A stretch of 64,000 bases of DNA from a bacterium (GTDB taxonomy: Bacteria > Patescibacteriota > Patescibacteriia > UBA9934 > GWF2-40-263). Positions 9,660 to 19,051 of this stretch are shown here, in pieces. The stretch is from NCBI GenBank assembly GCA_021789915.1, contig JAJYIV010000002.1:613-64612 (forward strand). The letters run 5' to 3'. The number at the start of each line of letters is the position of its first letter. The first letter of the stretch is position 1. Both the position numbers and the translations under genes were made by a program. The notes beneath the pieces are model-generated. The model was not told where the DNA came from, made no database searches, and saw only the letters and a list, made by a program, of their open reading frames with translations.

Positions 9660-9797
9660 ATGAACGATTTCGGGACGTGCGAAAACTGCGGTGCGGAAGA
9701 TCAGGAGCTTGACGAGAACGGCCTGTGTCCGGACTGCAGCGCGCAGGGACACACGGAGCGCGGCCCCGACATGGGCGACGAAGAAGAGAGCGCCTAG
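9660..9797 (+). CDS. Small zinc-ribbon protein (45 aa), not in the ORF track
   Basis: ATG at 9660. Translation MNDFGTCENCGAEDQELDENGLCPDCSAQGHTERGPDMGDEEESA has two CxxC pairs. TATAAT at 9624-9629 upstream. TAG stop overlaps the murG stop convergently. Confidence 0.4.
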   Translation: MNDFGTCENCGAEDQELDENGLCPDCSAQGHTERGPDMGDEEESA

Positions 9798-10885
9798 CGT
9801 CCGGCCAGGGCGCGCACGCGTTCCGCCAGGCGTTCCGCGGCGCCTCCCGGGAACAGCGCCCCGATCCGTTCGGACAGGCGGCGCTGTTTTTCTTTGTCTC
9901 CGACAAGCGCCGCGACCTGCGCGACGAGCGCGGTCCCGCCGCGCGCCTGCTCCACGGCCACCGCCGCCCCGCGGCGCAGGACGGCGCGCGCGTTTTCCTC
10001 CTGCGGCGAGCGCGGCAGCGGCACGAGCACGCACGGCTTGCGCAGCGCCGAGAGCTCCGCAAGCGTGCCCATGCCGGCGCGCGCGACCACGACGTCGGCA
10101 GCCGCCAAGGCGTCGGCCAAATCGCGGCCAAGGAGCAGCTCCACGGCGGCGTAGCCGGGCCCGGCCGCGCGCAGGCCCTCGGTGACTTTCCCGCGGCCCG
10201 TCACGTGGATGACGTCGGCGACGGCGCGCATGCGCTCCATCCCCGCCTCAAACGCCCGGTTGATCCACGCCGATCCGCCCCCGCCGCCCAGCACGAGCGC
10301 CACCGGACGCGCGCCGGAAAAGCCGTAGCGCGCGCGGGCGGCCGACGCATCGCCGCGCAGGATCGACGGCCGCACGGGCTGGCCGACGACGAGCGTTTTG
10401 TCCTTCGGGAACGCCGCGGCCGTCTCGGGCCACGCGACGGTGATGAGCGACGCGGCGCCCGCACACAGGCGGTTGGACAAGACCGGCCGCACGTCGGGCT
10501 GATGGATCCACGACGGAATCTTGAACCGGCGAGCCAGCAGGACGAACGGCACGCCGGTGAAGCCGCCGGCCGAGGCGACGACGTCCGGCCGTTCGCGGCG
10601 GAGCAGGCGCCACGCGGCGAACAGCGCCGCGGCGGCTTTGAACGGGAACACCAGCCACTCGGCGGACGCGTAGCGCGTCAGGCGCGCCACGGGCACGGCG
10701 TGGAACGGAATGCCCGCCTGCTCCACCAGCGCGCGCTCCGGCCCGCGCGCCGTTCCCGCCCACGCGAACGACGCGTCCGGATCGGACGCGCCATGCCTGT
10801 CGGCAGGCAGGCGCAACGCTTCGGCGACGGCGAGCAGCGGCGTGACGGGACCAAGCGTTCCTCCGCCGGCAAAGAGGATTTTCAT
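9794..10885 (-). CDS. murG: Undecaprenyldiphospho-muramoylpentapeptide beta-N-acetylglucosaminyltransferase
   Basis: MKILFAGGGTLGPVTPLLA N-terminus typical of MurG. GT28 C-terminal domain. Start trimmed to MKILF (about 10885). The track ORF extends 19 aa further upstream. Confidence 0.85.
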   Translation of the reverse strand: MKILFAGGGTLGPVTPLLAVAEALRLPADRHGASDPDASFAWAGTARGPERALVEQAGIPFHAVPVARLTRYASAEWLVFPFKAAAALFAAWRLLRRERPDVVASAGGFTGVPFVLLARRFKIPSWIHQPDVRPVLSNRLCAGAASLITVAWPETAAAFPKDKTLVVGQPVRPSILRGDASAARARYGFSGARPVALVLGGGGGSAWINRAFEAGMERMRAVADVIHVTGRGKVTEGLRAAGPGYAAVELLLGRDLADALAAADVVVARAGMGTLAELSALRKPCVLVPLPRSPQEENARAVLRRGAAVAVEQARGGTALVAQVAALVGDKEKQRRLSERIGALFPGGAAERLAERVRALAGR

Positions 10886-10911
10886 AGCGGTAAGCCAACA
10901 GCCGTCAGCCG

Positions 10912-11280
10912 TCAGGGATTGGCCTTCGGCCTCGAAGAACACAAGACGTTCAACATACGCAAAACTTCATGCAAGAGACAGTCGGCTCGATCGTAATCGA
11001 GTGAACCGGTTCTCGGAAGCCGCCGAGCGATCGAGAGTTGCGTCTGAAGCTCGGCCGCCGAACCGTAAGCGATCGAGAGGAACCTGGCAAACTCATTGTC
11101 GTAGCCGCGCATCTTCCCTTCCGCGATATTCGATGGAATGGAAACCGCTGCTCGTCTCATTTGGCTTGTTAAACCGAATCGTTCGTCCGTCGGGAAAGAG
11201 TCGGTCAAGAGGTAAATCTCAAGGGAAAGATCCATGGCTTTTTGCCAGACAATGAGATCTTCGTATGGTCCTGTCGACAT
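10912..11280 (-). CDS. Four-helix-bundle protein (23S rRNA intervening-sequence protein family, TIGR02436-like)
   Basis: 122 aa: MSTGPYEDLIVWQKAMDL...IAEGKMRGYDNEF...AYGSAAELQTQL matches the conserved pattern of this family. ATG verified at 11278-11280. Lies in the C-terminal part of a long artefactual ORF. Confidence 0.8.
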   Translation of the reverse strand: MSTGPYEDLIVWQKAMDLSLEIYLLTDSFPTDERFGLTSQMRRAAVSIPSNIAEGKMRGYDNEFARFLSIAYGSAAELQTQLSIARRLPRTGSLDYDRADCLLHEVLRMLNVLCSSRPKANP

Positions 11281-11360
11281 ATTGGTTCGCATGGTTGGCG
11301 TCAAATACGCGAGACGCTCGTGCCTGATGGCTGATGGCTGACGGCTGACGGCCCGCCCCA

Positions 11361-12536
11361 TCACGCTATCTTCCGATGCTTCGAAATGTTCAGCACGACG
11401 CCGATCGCCGAGAGCAGCACCGCCAGCGACGTGCCGCCGTAGGAGACGAACGGCAGCGTAATGCCCGTCATCGGCATGATGGCGAGCATGGAACCGACGT
11501 TCACGAAGGCCTGCACGATGATCCACGCGGCGATGCCGACCACAACGTATTTCGAAAACGCGTCCGGCGCGCGCTTCGCCACCGTCAGCAGGCGCTGGAA
11601 CAGCAGGAGGAACAGGCCGATCAGGACCGCGCAGCCGATCAGGCCGAGCTCCTCGCCGATGACGGCGAAGATCGAGTCGCTGACGGCTTCCGGCAGGTAC
11701 TGGAATTTCTGGCGCGAATGGCCGTAGCCGAGCCCGAAGACGCCTCCGGAACCGATGGCCAAGAGCGCCTGGTTGACGTGATAGCCGATGCCCTGCGGAT
11801 CGAGCTGCGGGTTCAGGAACGTCATCAGGCGCGCGGCGCGGTACGGCGCGATCTTTATGAGCAGCGCCAGGCCGGAGGCGCCGGAAACCACCAGCCCCGC
11901 GATATACGGCAGCGGCGCGCCGGCGACGAAATACACCGCCAGGGCCTGCACGACGACGACGGACATCGTCCCGATGGCCGGTTGCGCGATCAGCAGGAGA
12001 AGGACGGCGCCGAGCGCGACGAGGAAGGGGACGAGGCCCGTGGAAAAACGGCGCATGCCGTCGGCGCCGCGGCGCTCGAGCCAGGCGGCGAGATAAAACA
12101 GAAAGGTCAGCTTGACGATTTCCGACGGCTGGAAGGAAAACCACGGACCGATGGAAATCCAGCTGTGCGCGCCGTTGATGTTGCCGGAGGAAATACCCGG
12201 GACGAAGACGAGCACGAGGAGTCCGAGCGAAGCCGCGAAGATCTTCATGGCGTGCCGGCGCCAGAACGTGTACGGCACGCGGCTGCACGCATACAGGCCG
12301 ATCAGCCCCGGCAGCAGGCCGAACACGAACTGGTGCTTGACGTAATAGGACGCGTCGCCGAACTGGTCGAGCCCCATGCCCGTGCCCGCCGACGCGAGCA
12401 TCAGCAATCCGAAAAGAAGGAGCGCCGCGACCAGGGCGAGCAGGACATAATCGACGCGATGAGGATCTTTCAGCGGCATGAGAACGGAAAGATGCTGAAC
12501 AGGCTCTTGGGCGTTGGCTAATGGCGAACGGCTCAT
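11361..12536 (-). CDS. ftsW: Peptidoglycan glycosyltransferase / lipid II flippase FtsW (SEDS family)
   Basis: 391 aa, about 10 TM segments, SEDS-like conserved blocks. True start may be downstream (MPLKDPH), because the first 12 codons overlap a TTAGCC-type repeat. Confidence 0.8.
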   Translation of the reverse strand: MSRSPLANAQEPVQHLSVLMPLKDPHRVDYVLLALVAALLLFGLLMLASAGTGMGLDQFGDASYYVKHQFVFGLLPGLIGLYACSRVPYTFWRRHAMKIFAASLGLLVLVFVPGISSGNINGAHSWISIGPWFSFQPSEIVKLTFLFYLAAWLERRGADGMRRFSTGLVPFLVALGAVLLLLIAQPAIGTMSVVVVQALAVYFVAGAPLPYIAGLVVSGASGLALLIKIAPYRAARLMTFLNPQLDPQGIGYHVNQALLAIGSGGVFGLGYGHSRQKFQYLPEAVSDSIFAVIGEELGLIGCAVLIGLFLLLFQRLLTVAKRAPDAFSKYVVVGIAAWIIVQAFVNVGSMLAIMPMTGITLPFVSYGGTSLAVLLSAIGVVLNISKHRKIA

Positions 12537-12543
12537 GACTTTT

Positions 12544-13602
12544 TCAAATCAGCGCGTCCAGCAGGGCAAGGGCGACGCCCAGCGCCGCGGCGACATACGC
12601 GACGACCCACAGGCGCATGACGATTTGCGGCTCCGGCCAGCCGCGCGCTTCCAAATGATGGTGGAACGGCGCGGACAGGAAGAGCTTGCGCTTGAACAGG
12701 CGCCGCCAGGCAAGCTGGAGCAGCACGGACAGCGATTCCAGCACGAACACGAATCCGATCACCGGCAACAGCAGGGCGGCGTTCGTCAGCATGGCGATGA
12801 CGCCCAGCGTGATGCCGAGCGACATGGATCCCGTATCGCCCATGAAGAAACGCGCCGGGTGGATGTTGAACCACAGGAAGGCGAGCAGGCCGCCGATGAC
12901 GGCGGCGCAGAAGACGGCCAAATCGTATTTGCCCTGCGCGAACGCGATCAAGGCGTAGGCGGCATAGGCGGGAAACAGGACGCCGCCGGCCAGGCCGTCC
13001 AGGCCGTCCGTCTCATTGACGGAGAAGGCCGTCGCGATGAGGACGGCCATGAAGACCGGCACGTACCACCAGCCGATGTCGAAGGTGCCGAAGAACGGCA
13101 CGTGCAGGATGCGCCAATCGAGCTTGACCGTGAACCACCAGGCGCCGACGGCGGCGATGGCCGCGTAAATGAGCAGGCGGTGGCGGGCGCGCAATCCGCC
13201 GCCATGCGCGCCGATGCGGCGGATGTTGAAATAATCGTCCACCAGGCCGACCAGCGCCGAGGCGACGAGGGCGCCGAGCGGCAGCAGCGTCTGCGCGCGC
13301 GTCAGGAAAGACAGCCGCGCGAACGCCGAATCCGGCAGCAGCCAGCCGAGCAGCGCGCACAGGAGGATCACGGCGAGCACCGTTCCCCACACGAGCAGCC
13401 CGCCCATGGTGGGCGTGCCCGCCTTCCTGGCATGCAGCCTGGCATAGACCGGCGTCTCTTCCGCCAGACGGATCGATTTGCCCATCTTGTGCGATTCCAG
13501 CCAATGCAGCAGCGCCGGCGCCCACAGGAACGCCAGCAGGAACGTAAGCGAGGCGATGACCAGAAGGCGGATCAGCTGGAAAGACGCGAGAGGGAGAGTC
13601 AT
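12544..13602 (-). CDS. mraY: Phospho-N-acetylmuramoyl-pentapeptide transferase
   Basis: 352 aa polytopic membrane protein. Conserved MraY blocks (DDxxD-type acidic motifs, NIHPARFFMGDTGS). Confidence 0.9.
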   Translation of the reverse strand: MTLPLASFQLIRLLVIASLTFLLAFLWAPALLHWLESHKMGKSIRLAEETPVYARLHARKAGTPTMGGLLVWGTVLAVILLCALLGWLLPDSAFARLSFLTRAQTLLPLGALVASALVGLVDDYFNIRRIGAHGGGLRARHRLLIYAAIAAVGAWWFTVKLDWRILHVPFFGTFDIGWWYVPVFMAVLIATAFSVNETDGLDGLAGGVLFPAYAAYALIAFAQGKYDLAVFCAAVIGGLLAFLWFNIHPARFFMGDTGSMSLGITLGVIAMLTNAALLLPVIGFVFVLESLSVLLQLAWRRLFKRKLFLSAPFHHHLEARGWPEPQIVMRLWVVAYVAAALGVALALLDALI

Positions 13603-13725
13603 ACACGCTGAGACCCCTGAAAAACCGATGGGTGTTCGTTGTCCGCCGGAGGCGGATCCGGCTCTGCCGGAAATGGACTGCGGAACCCGCGAGACGAACA
13701 GGCGCGATTTTGCAGAGGTCTCACA
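13596..13725. repeat. TIR-bounded structured element, copy A (5' leader region of mraY)
   Basis: gagacccctgaaaaaccgatgggtgttcgttgtccgcc...ttttgcagaggtctc. Terminal inverted repeat GAGACC(C/T)CTG / CAGAGGTCTC. Second copy at 24256-24415. Confidence 0.45.
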
Positions 13726-14116
13726 GGTTAAGCAGCACCATGAAGGTGGACGCGATGAGCAAGACGGTTTCGACGAACACGGTCAGGCCGAGAAAAAACA
13801 AGGCGATGAGGCGCTCGCGGCGGAAGGCCCAGGCGCCCACGGCGACATTCACCGCAAGGACGGCCAAGCCGAAGGCGGCCGGCGTGAAGAGCCGCCACCA
13901 CGGCCCGAACTGGTCCACGCCGAAATAAACCGTGCCGTGCAGCGGCACGTACATGCCCGGCGTCGCGCGCGGAAAGACTTTCCAAAACGGCAGGAAGGCC
14001 GTGAGCGCGACAAGCAGGAGAGAGACGGCGGTCAACCACCGGTAGGCGCGCGAACGGGCGAACAGATCGCGGAGAGAGGCGGCAGCGGCCCCCGACGCGT
14101 GACGGAGCGCGCGCAT
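13721..14116 (-). CDS. Small integral membrane protein (131 aa, 4 TM)
   Basis: Hydrophobic helices (LLLVALTAFLPFW, AAFGLAVLAVNVAVGAWAF, LIALFFLGLTVFVETVLLIA). No assignable family. Confidence 0.5.
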   Translation of the reverse strand: MRALRHASGAAAASLRDLFARSRAYRWLTAVSLLLVALTAFLPFWKVFPRATPGMYVPLHGTVYFGVDQFGPWWRLFTPAAFGLAVLAVNVAVGAWAFRRERLIALFFLGLTVFVETVLLIASTFMVLLNL

Positions 14117-14117
14117 A

Positions 14118-14402
14118 CTACTCGGCCGCAGGGATTTTTCGCCCGGCAGGGCCCGGGATGCCGACGTCTTCCGCCGTGGCCGACGCCGTCACTTCCTTCA
14201 CCCACGGCAACGCTTCCTGCAGCGCCATCTCAACGCCCATCCTGAGCGTGATCGCCGACATCGGGCAGCCGTGGCAAGCGCCCTGCAGGCGGACGCGCAC
14301 GACGCCCGTGGATTCGTCGAAATCGACCAGTTCGATGTCGCCGCCGTCCATGCGGAGCGCCGGCCGCACCCGTTTCAAGATTTCCTCGATTCGTTCGCGC
14401 AT
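14118..14402 (-). CDS. NifU-like Fe-S cluster assembly domain protein
   Basis: MRERIEEILKRVRPALRMDGGDIELVD...CHGCPMS matches the NifU C-terminal (Nfu) domain with CxxC. Start chosen at MRER (ATG 14400-14402). Confidence 0.7.
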   Translation of the reverse strand: MRERIEEILKRVRPALRMDGGDIELVDFDESTGVVRVRLQGACHGCPMSAITLRMGVEMALQEALPWVKEVTASATAEDVGIPGPAGRKIPAAE

Positions 14403-14445
14403 AGGCGTGCAGAGTATAGCCCGAGGCGGGTCTTTGGCGCAATCA

Positions 14446-14480
14446 AAACGCCCCGTCTGCATGCAGGCGGGGCGCGTTTT
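14446..14480. terminator. Bidirectional hairpin terminator downstream of rpmA
   Basis: aacgccccgtctgcatgcaggcggggcgtttttc, a near-perfect palindrome with GCATGC centre. Same motif family as 24424-24447 and 42872-42899. Confidence 0.55.
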
Positions 14481-14482
14481 TC

Positions 14483-14761
14483 TTACTTCGTTTCGACGCG
14501 GGCGAAGGTGCGCGTCTGCAGCTTGCCGGCGAAATTCGGCATGCGCTTCTTGGCGAACTTCACGATGCCGTCGACGGCCGCATACAGCGTGTCGTCGCCG
14601 CCTTGGCGCATGTTGGCGCCGGGATGGATCTTGGTGCCGCGCTGGCGCACCACGATCTGGCCGGCCTTGGTGACCTGTCCGTCGGCAATCTTCACGCCCA
14701 GGCGCTGACCATGGGAATCGCGGCCAAGGGTTGTGGAACCTGTCGCTTTTTTGTGAGCCAT
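14483..14761 (-). CDS. rpmA: 50S ribosomal protein L27
   Basis: [24 protein letters not shown]... canonical L27. ATG verified at 14759-14761. Confidence 0.9.
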   Translation of the reverse strand: MAHKKATGSTTLGRDSHGQRLGVKIADGQVTKAGQIVVRQRGTKIHPGANMRQGGDDTLYAAVDGIVKFAKKRMPNFAGKLQTRTFARVETK

Positions 14762-14885
14762 AAAGGAAAGCTTTTAGCCATTAGCCTTTAGCCATGAGCC
14801 GGAAAAACCGACAGACTGGCAAGCGAATGCGGGCAGTGTAGAGGAAGGACGGCCGGACGTCAAGGCACAACCTTAGAGCACAACC

Positions 14886-16211
14886 TTAGAGCCTGTTCAT
14901 CCGGCAGACGAAGCTCTTCAAATACGCCGCCTCGGGGAAATACACGGACAACGGATGATCCGGGCTCTGACGCACGACCTCGAGCACCTGCAGGTCGACG
15001 CCCGCCTGCACCGACGCGCGGCGCAGCAGGAAGACCAAGTCCTCCTCCGGCAGGAAATGCGAACAGCTGGACGTGATGAAGATGCCGCCGTCCTTCACGA
15101 GCTTGAGCGCGGCGCGGTTCAGGAAATGATAGGCCTTCTTCCCTTCCTCGGCGTCCTTCATCGACTTGATGAGCGCCGGCGGATCCATAACGACGACGTC
15201 GAAAGCGCCGGCAACCCCCTCAGACTCCCCCTTGGCAAGGGGGAGATGGTGCGGGTTGGCGAGCCACTGGAAGACGTCCGCTTTCTCCGTCGCGCAGACC
15301 TCGTCGGACAAGCCGGCCGCCGCCGCCTGCGCGCGCAGCGATGCCAGCGCTTCCTCGGATCCGTCGACGTTCAGGACGGATTTCGCCCCGCCGGCGAAAG
15401 CGGCGAAGGACGTGGCACCGGTGTATGAAAAGAGATTCAGAACCGTCTTCCCTTGCGCGAGCGCGGCGACCCGGTCGCGCAGGTCCTTCTGGTCGAGGAA
15501 GAATCCCGTCTTTTGTCCGTGAAGAGGATCGGCGACGCAACGCCGGCCGTGCTCGAGAAATTCGACTTGACCCAATGCGCGTCCTCCCCTTTCCAAGGGG
15601 AGGCTGCCTGCTGGCCGCTTTTCAGCAGGCGGAGGTGTTGCCGGCGTGTGAATTCTGACGACCGCCTCCAGGTTCTCCTCGCGCCGGCTCGGCATGTCGC
15701 TGCGCTCGACGATCGCGCGCGGCTTGAACGTCTCTTCCAGCGCGGCGACGACGTCGTCACGCAGCGCGTCGAGACCGGCGGTTGCGATCTGGCATACGAG
15801 CACGTCGCCGTAGCGGTCGACGACCAAGCCCGGAATCCCGTCGGACTCGCCGAACACGCAGCGGTAGCCGGTCGTGAACTTCTCCCCCTTTTCAAGGGGG
15901 AGACTCTGCTCCAGAGGGGGTCGAGGGCCGTATCCCATCAAAACCCGTTTCTGGTGCGCATCCGCGATCTTGGCCGCCAGCCAGGCGCGGTCGATGACGG
16001 CCTCTTTGAACGCAAACACGCGCACGGCGATGGACGAGCTGGCGGAGTACGTCCCCGTGCCGATGATGCGCCCCTGGCGGTCCGCGACGTGCACGAGGGC
16101 GCCATGCTCGGGTTTCTTCTGACCGTCGGCCAGCGCGCGCGAAAAAATCCACGGATGGCGGAAGCCGACATTGGCCTCCTTCCCTTCTTTGAGCTTCAGG
16201 ACGGGGTACAT
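14886..16211 (-). CDS. rlmI: 23S rRNA (cytosine-C5) methyltransferase RlmI-like (PUA + class I SAM methyltransferase), carrying three in-frame repeat insertions
   Basis: MYPVLKLKEGKEANVGFRHPWIF N-terminus (ATG 16209-16211). SAM motif LNLFSYTGATS and VVMDPP. The upstream 265 codons of the track ORF are Arg-rich artefact. Confidence 0.75.
   Translation of the reverse strand: MYPVLKLKEGKEANVGFRHPWIFSRALADGQKKPEHGALVHVADRQGRIIGTGTYSASSSIAVRVFAFKEAVIDRAWLAAKIADAHQKRVLMGYGPRPPLEQSLPLEKGEKFTTGYRCVFGESDGIPGLVVDRYGDVLVCQIATAGLDALRDDVVAALEETFKPRAIVERSDMPSRREENLEAVVRIHTPATPPPAEKRPAGSLPLERGGRALGQVEFLEHGRRCVADPLHGQKTGFFLDQKDLRDRVAALAQGKTVLNLFSYTGATSFAAFAGGAKSVLNVDGSEEALASLRAQAAAAGLSDEVCATEKADVFQWLANPHHLPLAKGESEGVAGAFDVVVMDPPALIKSMKDAEEGKKAYHFLNRAALKLVKDGGIFITSSCSHFLPEEDLVFLLRRASVQAGVDLQVLEVVRQSPDHPLSVYFPEAAYLKSFVCRMNRL
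15215..15246. repeat. Palindromic element E2, in frame inside rlmI-like (encodes LPLAKGESEG)
   Basis: ccccctcagactcccccttggcaagggggag. Confidence 0.55.
15582..15645. repeat. Palindromic element E3, in frame inside rlmI-like (encodes PPAEKRPAGSLPLERGGR)
   Basis: tcctcccctttccaaggggaggctgcctgctggccgcttttcagcaggcggaggtgttgccggcg. Nearly identical to 63802-63870. Confidence 0.65.
15881..15928. repeat. Palindromic element E4, in frame inside rlmI-like (encodes PPLEQSLPLEKGEK)
   Basis: ctccccctttcaagggggagactctgctccagagggggtcgagg. Confidence 0.55.
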
Positions 16212-16333
16212 AGGAAATTCGTGAAGATAGATGCGCGAGAAGAAAGCGAGTATGACAGAACGCCGCCGTCTTGTCGAGGAGAAGGCCGCGCCAAGAAAAA
16301 GCCCTCGTCCAGCGCTGGACGAGGGAGAGTCTT

Positions 16334-18099
16334 TCAAGTGGCGTTCCCGATGTTGTGCCGGCAGTGATCCGGCAGCATCGGCTGCAGCTTCCTGCGGAAG
16401 GCGGACGGCACGCGCTGCCACAGCAGGCGCGCCGCTTCGGGCTCGGCGGCGAGTCCCCAGAAGAGATCCTTCCATCCGTCGAGGCCGACGCCCTTCACGA
16501 AATCGTCCGGCTGGTCGCGGGTAAGGAACGCGAGCAGCCACGCCAGGAAGCGGAAGTCCCCGCCCCACCGGACGCCGAATCCCGGACCGACGGCCTGTAC
16601 AAGTCGGTGCGGCGTCAGAGATCCGTCGAACGCGCCGGACGCGAACAGCGCGAGGATGCCGTCGCGCAGCGGTTGTTCGCCGGCTTCCCACGCGTGCATC
16701 CAGAACCCGAGATCGAGGCGCTTGTTGTCGGGCCGCAGAATTTCCGGACCGAGATGACGCACCGCCACGTTGAGGCACGCGTGCACATCCGACGGCGGCA
16801 GATCGCTCGCGATGACCGCCGCCCACGGATACTCGTCTCGCATGCGCCGCTTCACGTCCGACGGCCATCGTTCGGCCCCGCCGAGGTATTGGCGCAGCAG
16901 CTTGGGCGGCAGTCGCAGCAGCACGTTCGCGTCCGCCGTCGCGACGACCAGGTCGGCGATCGTGCGCGACGCGCCGACGCCGTGGACGAAGATCCAGGCC
17001 GACCACGTGCGCAGCACTTCCTCTTCGCCCACGTCGATGTCGTCGCTCGCGAGAAACCGCGCCTTCACGGCGTCCACGAACGCGAGGAACGACTCCCTGG
17101 CGAACGCGACGAACGCGTCTTCGTCGCGCGAATCGTCCAACGGAACCTTGTCAAAGATGCGCTCCGGTTCCATGCACACGGTCGACAGCCGCAGCCATCG
17201 GCGCAGCGCGTCGACGGCCGCCGGCAATCGGCGCGCCACGGCCTGCGGCTCGAAGAACGTCCGCTCGACCAGATCCTTGAGCGCCAGCGGCTCGACCTGG
17301 AAGTTCAAATCCATGAAGCGGTCGAGGGACGTGCCGAGCCCGCCCGACACCGGGAGGAACAACGCATCCGGAAGCGTGAGCGCCCGGACGAAGTAGCTGC
17401 GGACGAACAGGTCCAGCAAGCCGCCGTGCGGGCACGGCGCGTCGACAGCCGGACGCCGGAACAGCCGGCGGACGTACACGTTGATGATGTCGTCGCCGCT
17501 GAACCAGCCTCGGATCGGGAACTGCTCCGCCGCCCGGCGCAGCAGCCGTTCGTTCTCGTCGCACGAAGCGACAGCGGCCAGGTACGCGGCGCGATCGGAC
17601 GGCGCGGACGCGCCGCGCGCGAGCGAGGCCAGCGCCTGCTCGCGCCCGACGCTCAGAAGCCCGAAGGCCGAGCCGCTGAGTACGACGACGTTCCGCCGCG
17701 ACAGGGACGCGGCGCGCACGGCGAGCTCCGAAAGGAGCGCGGCGCCGACACCGTACATCTCGAACAGCGACGCGGCACGCAGCATCACGACCGCGGCGTC
17801 CGCGTCGCCCTCCGCCGCTTCTTCGAGGCCGAGCGACAGGCACGCGCCGACGCGTTCCATGGCGGCGCGCCGGCCGTCCGGCTGCAGGAGATCGAGCTTC
17901 CGCTCGGCCGCCGCCTGAACAAGGCAGGCCTGCACGGCGTCCGCATCCGCGTCGCGCGCGGCGAGCTCCGCGTCCTGCCGGGCCCGCGCGTACGCGGCGC
18001 GGAAGAACGCGGAGGCGGTGCCCGGCTCTCGGCATTCGGCGCTCGGCGCGCGGAACGACCGCGCGAGCGCGCCTCCCGCTTGAACAATCGCCGTGTTCA
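16334..18099 (-). CDS. Hypothetical protein (about 588 aa), GTG start overlapping the upstream stop
   Basis: Natural composition from VNTAIVQAGG onwards. GTGA start/stop overlap with the upstream gene at about 18097-18099. No known motif. The N-terminal 149 codons of the track ORF are Arg-rich artefact. Confidence 0.5.
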
Positions 18100-18939
18100 C
18101 GGCCGCTCCTTCTCCGCGACGACCGCCTGCGCACGCAGCCGCTCGATGAGCGACTTCGCACTGACGGCGCTCGTGCGCGTCTTCGCTTCCTCCTGCGTCC
18201 GGCGCAGCAGCGCGGCGGCGCCCTCGGTCACCTCGACCGTCGCCGGGTGCGCGTCGAGCCAGTCGAACCGCTCTTCGAGCACGTGCAACGCGAGCGTCTG
18301 CCGATCGCCGGTGTTCATCCAGTAGACCACGGCGGAAGCGGCATTGAACGCCGCGGCGGCGATCTGCGTCACCCGCTCTTCCGCGTCTTCCGCGTCCAGC
18401 AAGGCGAGCGCCCAGTACTCGGCAGGCATCGCCTCGAGCGCCGCGCGCTTCCACGCGGCGTCGTTGCCGCTGTCCAGGACGGCGACGAGACGCTCGTACG
18501 CCTCGCTCGCGCGCACCTGGCACGGAAAGTTGCGGACGCCCCACAGCGTCACGGACGTCCCGACTGGATTGAAGTGGAGCGGGACGAGCCGGTTCCCCAG
18601 CGTCTTCACGAGCCCGCGCGCCTTGAGCGCCGCGTACTCCGCCGCCGACAGCTCGAAGTACCCGCCGTCCGCCAGCTCGTCGCCAAACCGGCCGAAGACC
18701 GGATCGAACACGTGCGCATCGCGCCGCAACACCTCTGGCACCTGCCCGGTCGCAAGCGCGGCGATGACGGCGCTGCGCGCGCTGCGCGTCGGCAGCGTCA
18801 GGAGCGCGGCGGCGACCTGCACGGCCGGCAGCGACGCGACGGCCGCCAAGCCTTGCGGCGTGTCGAGCCGAACGATCGAAACCGGCACGCCCGCCGGACG
18901 CGCGAGAGCTTCCGTCTGGTTTTGAAGGGTCTCACCCAT
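18097..18939 (-). CDS. Hypothetical protein (about 280 aa)
   Basis: ATG at 18937-18939 (MGETLQNQTE). Natural composition. Translationally coupled to the downstream 588-aa gene. Confidence 0.5.
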   Translation of the reverse strand: MGETLQNQTEALARPAGVPVSIVRLDTPQGLAAVASLPAVQVAAALLTLPTRSARSAVIAALATGQVPEVLRRDAHVFDPVFGRFGDELADGGYFELSAAEYAALKARGLVKTLGNRLVPLHFNPVGTSVTLWGVRNFPCQVRASEAYERLVAVLDSGNDAAWKRAALEAMPAEYWALALLDAEDAEERVTQIAAAAFNAASAVVYWMNTGDRQTLALHVLEERFDWLDAHPATVEVTEGAAALLRRTQEEAKTRTSAVSAKSLIERLRAQAVVAEKERP

Positions 18940-19051
18940 CTGTCTTCCTCCGAGGAAGCCTGGGCACCCGGGAATCGGATGCGCAGGCGGCCGAAGGAAG
19001 ACGGCGGACCATAACAATAAAACCGCCGCGTGTCAATCAAAAGCCGTCCGC

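Noticed and set aside
13596-13725. Fluoride (crcB) riboswitch, because of CUGAAAAAC...GAUGG similarity
   Set aside because: Order and spacing of the conserved blocks do not match the crcB consensus, and no transporter gene follows. The terminal inverted repeats plus a second copy favour a repeat element or lineage-specific leader.
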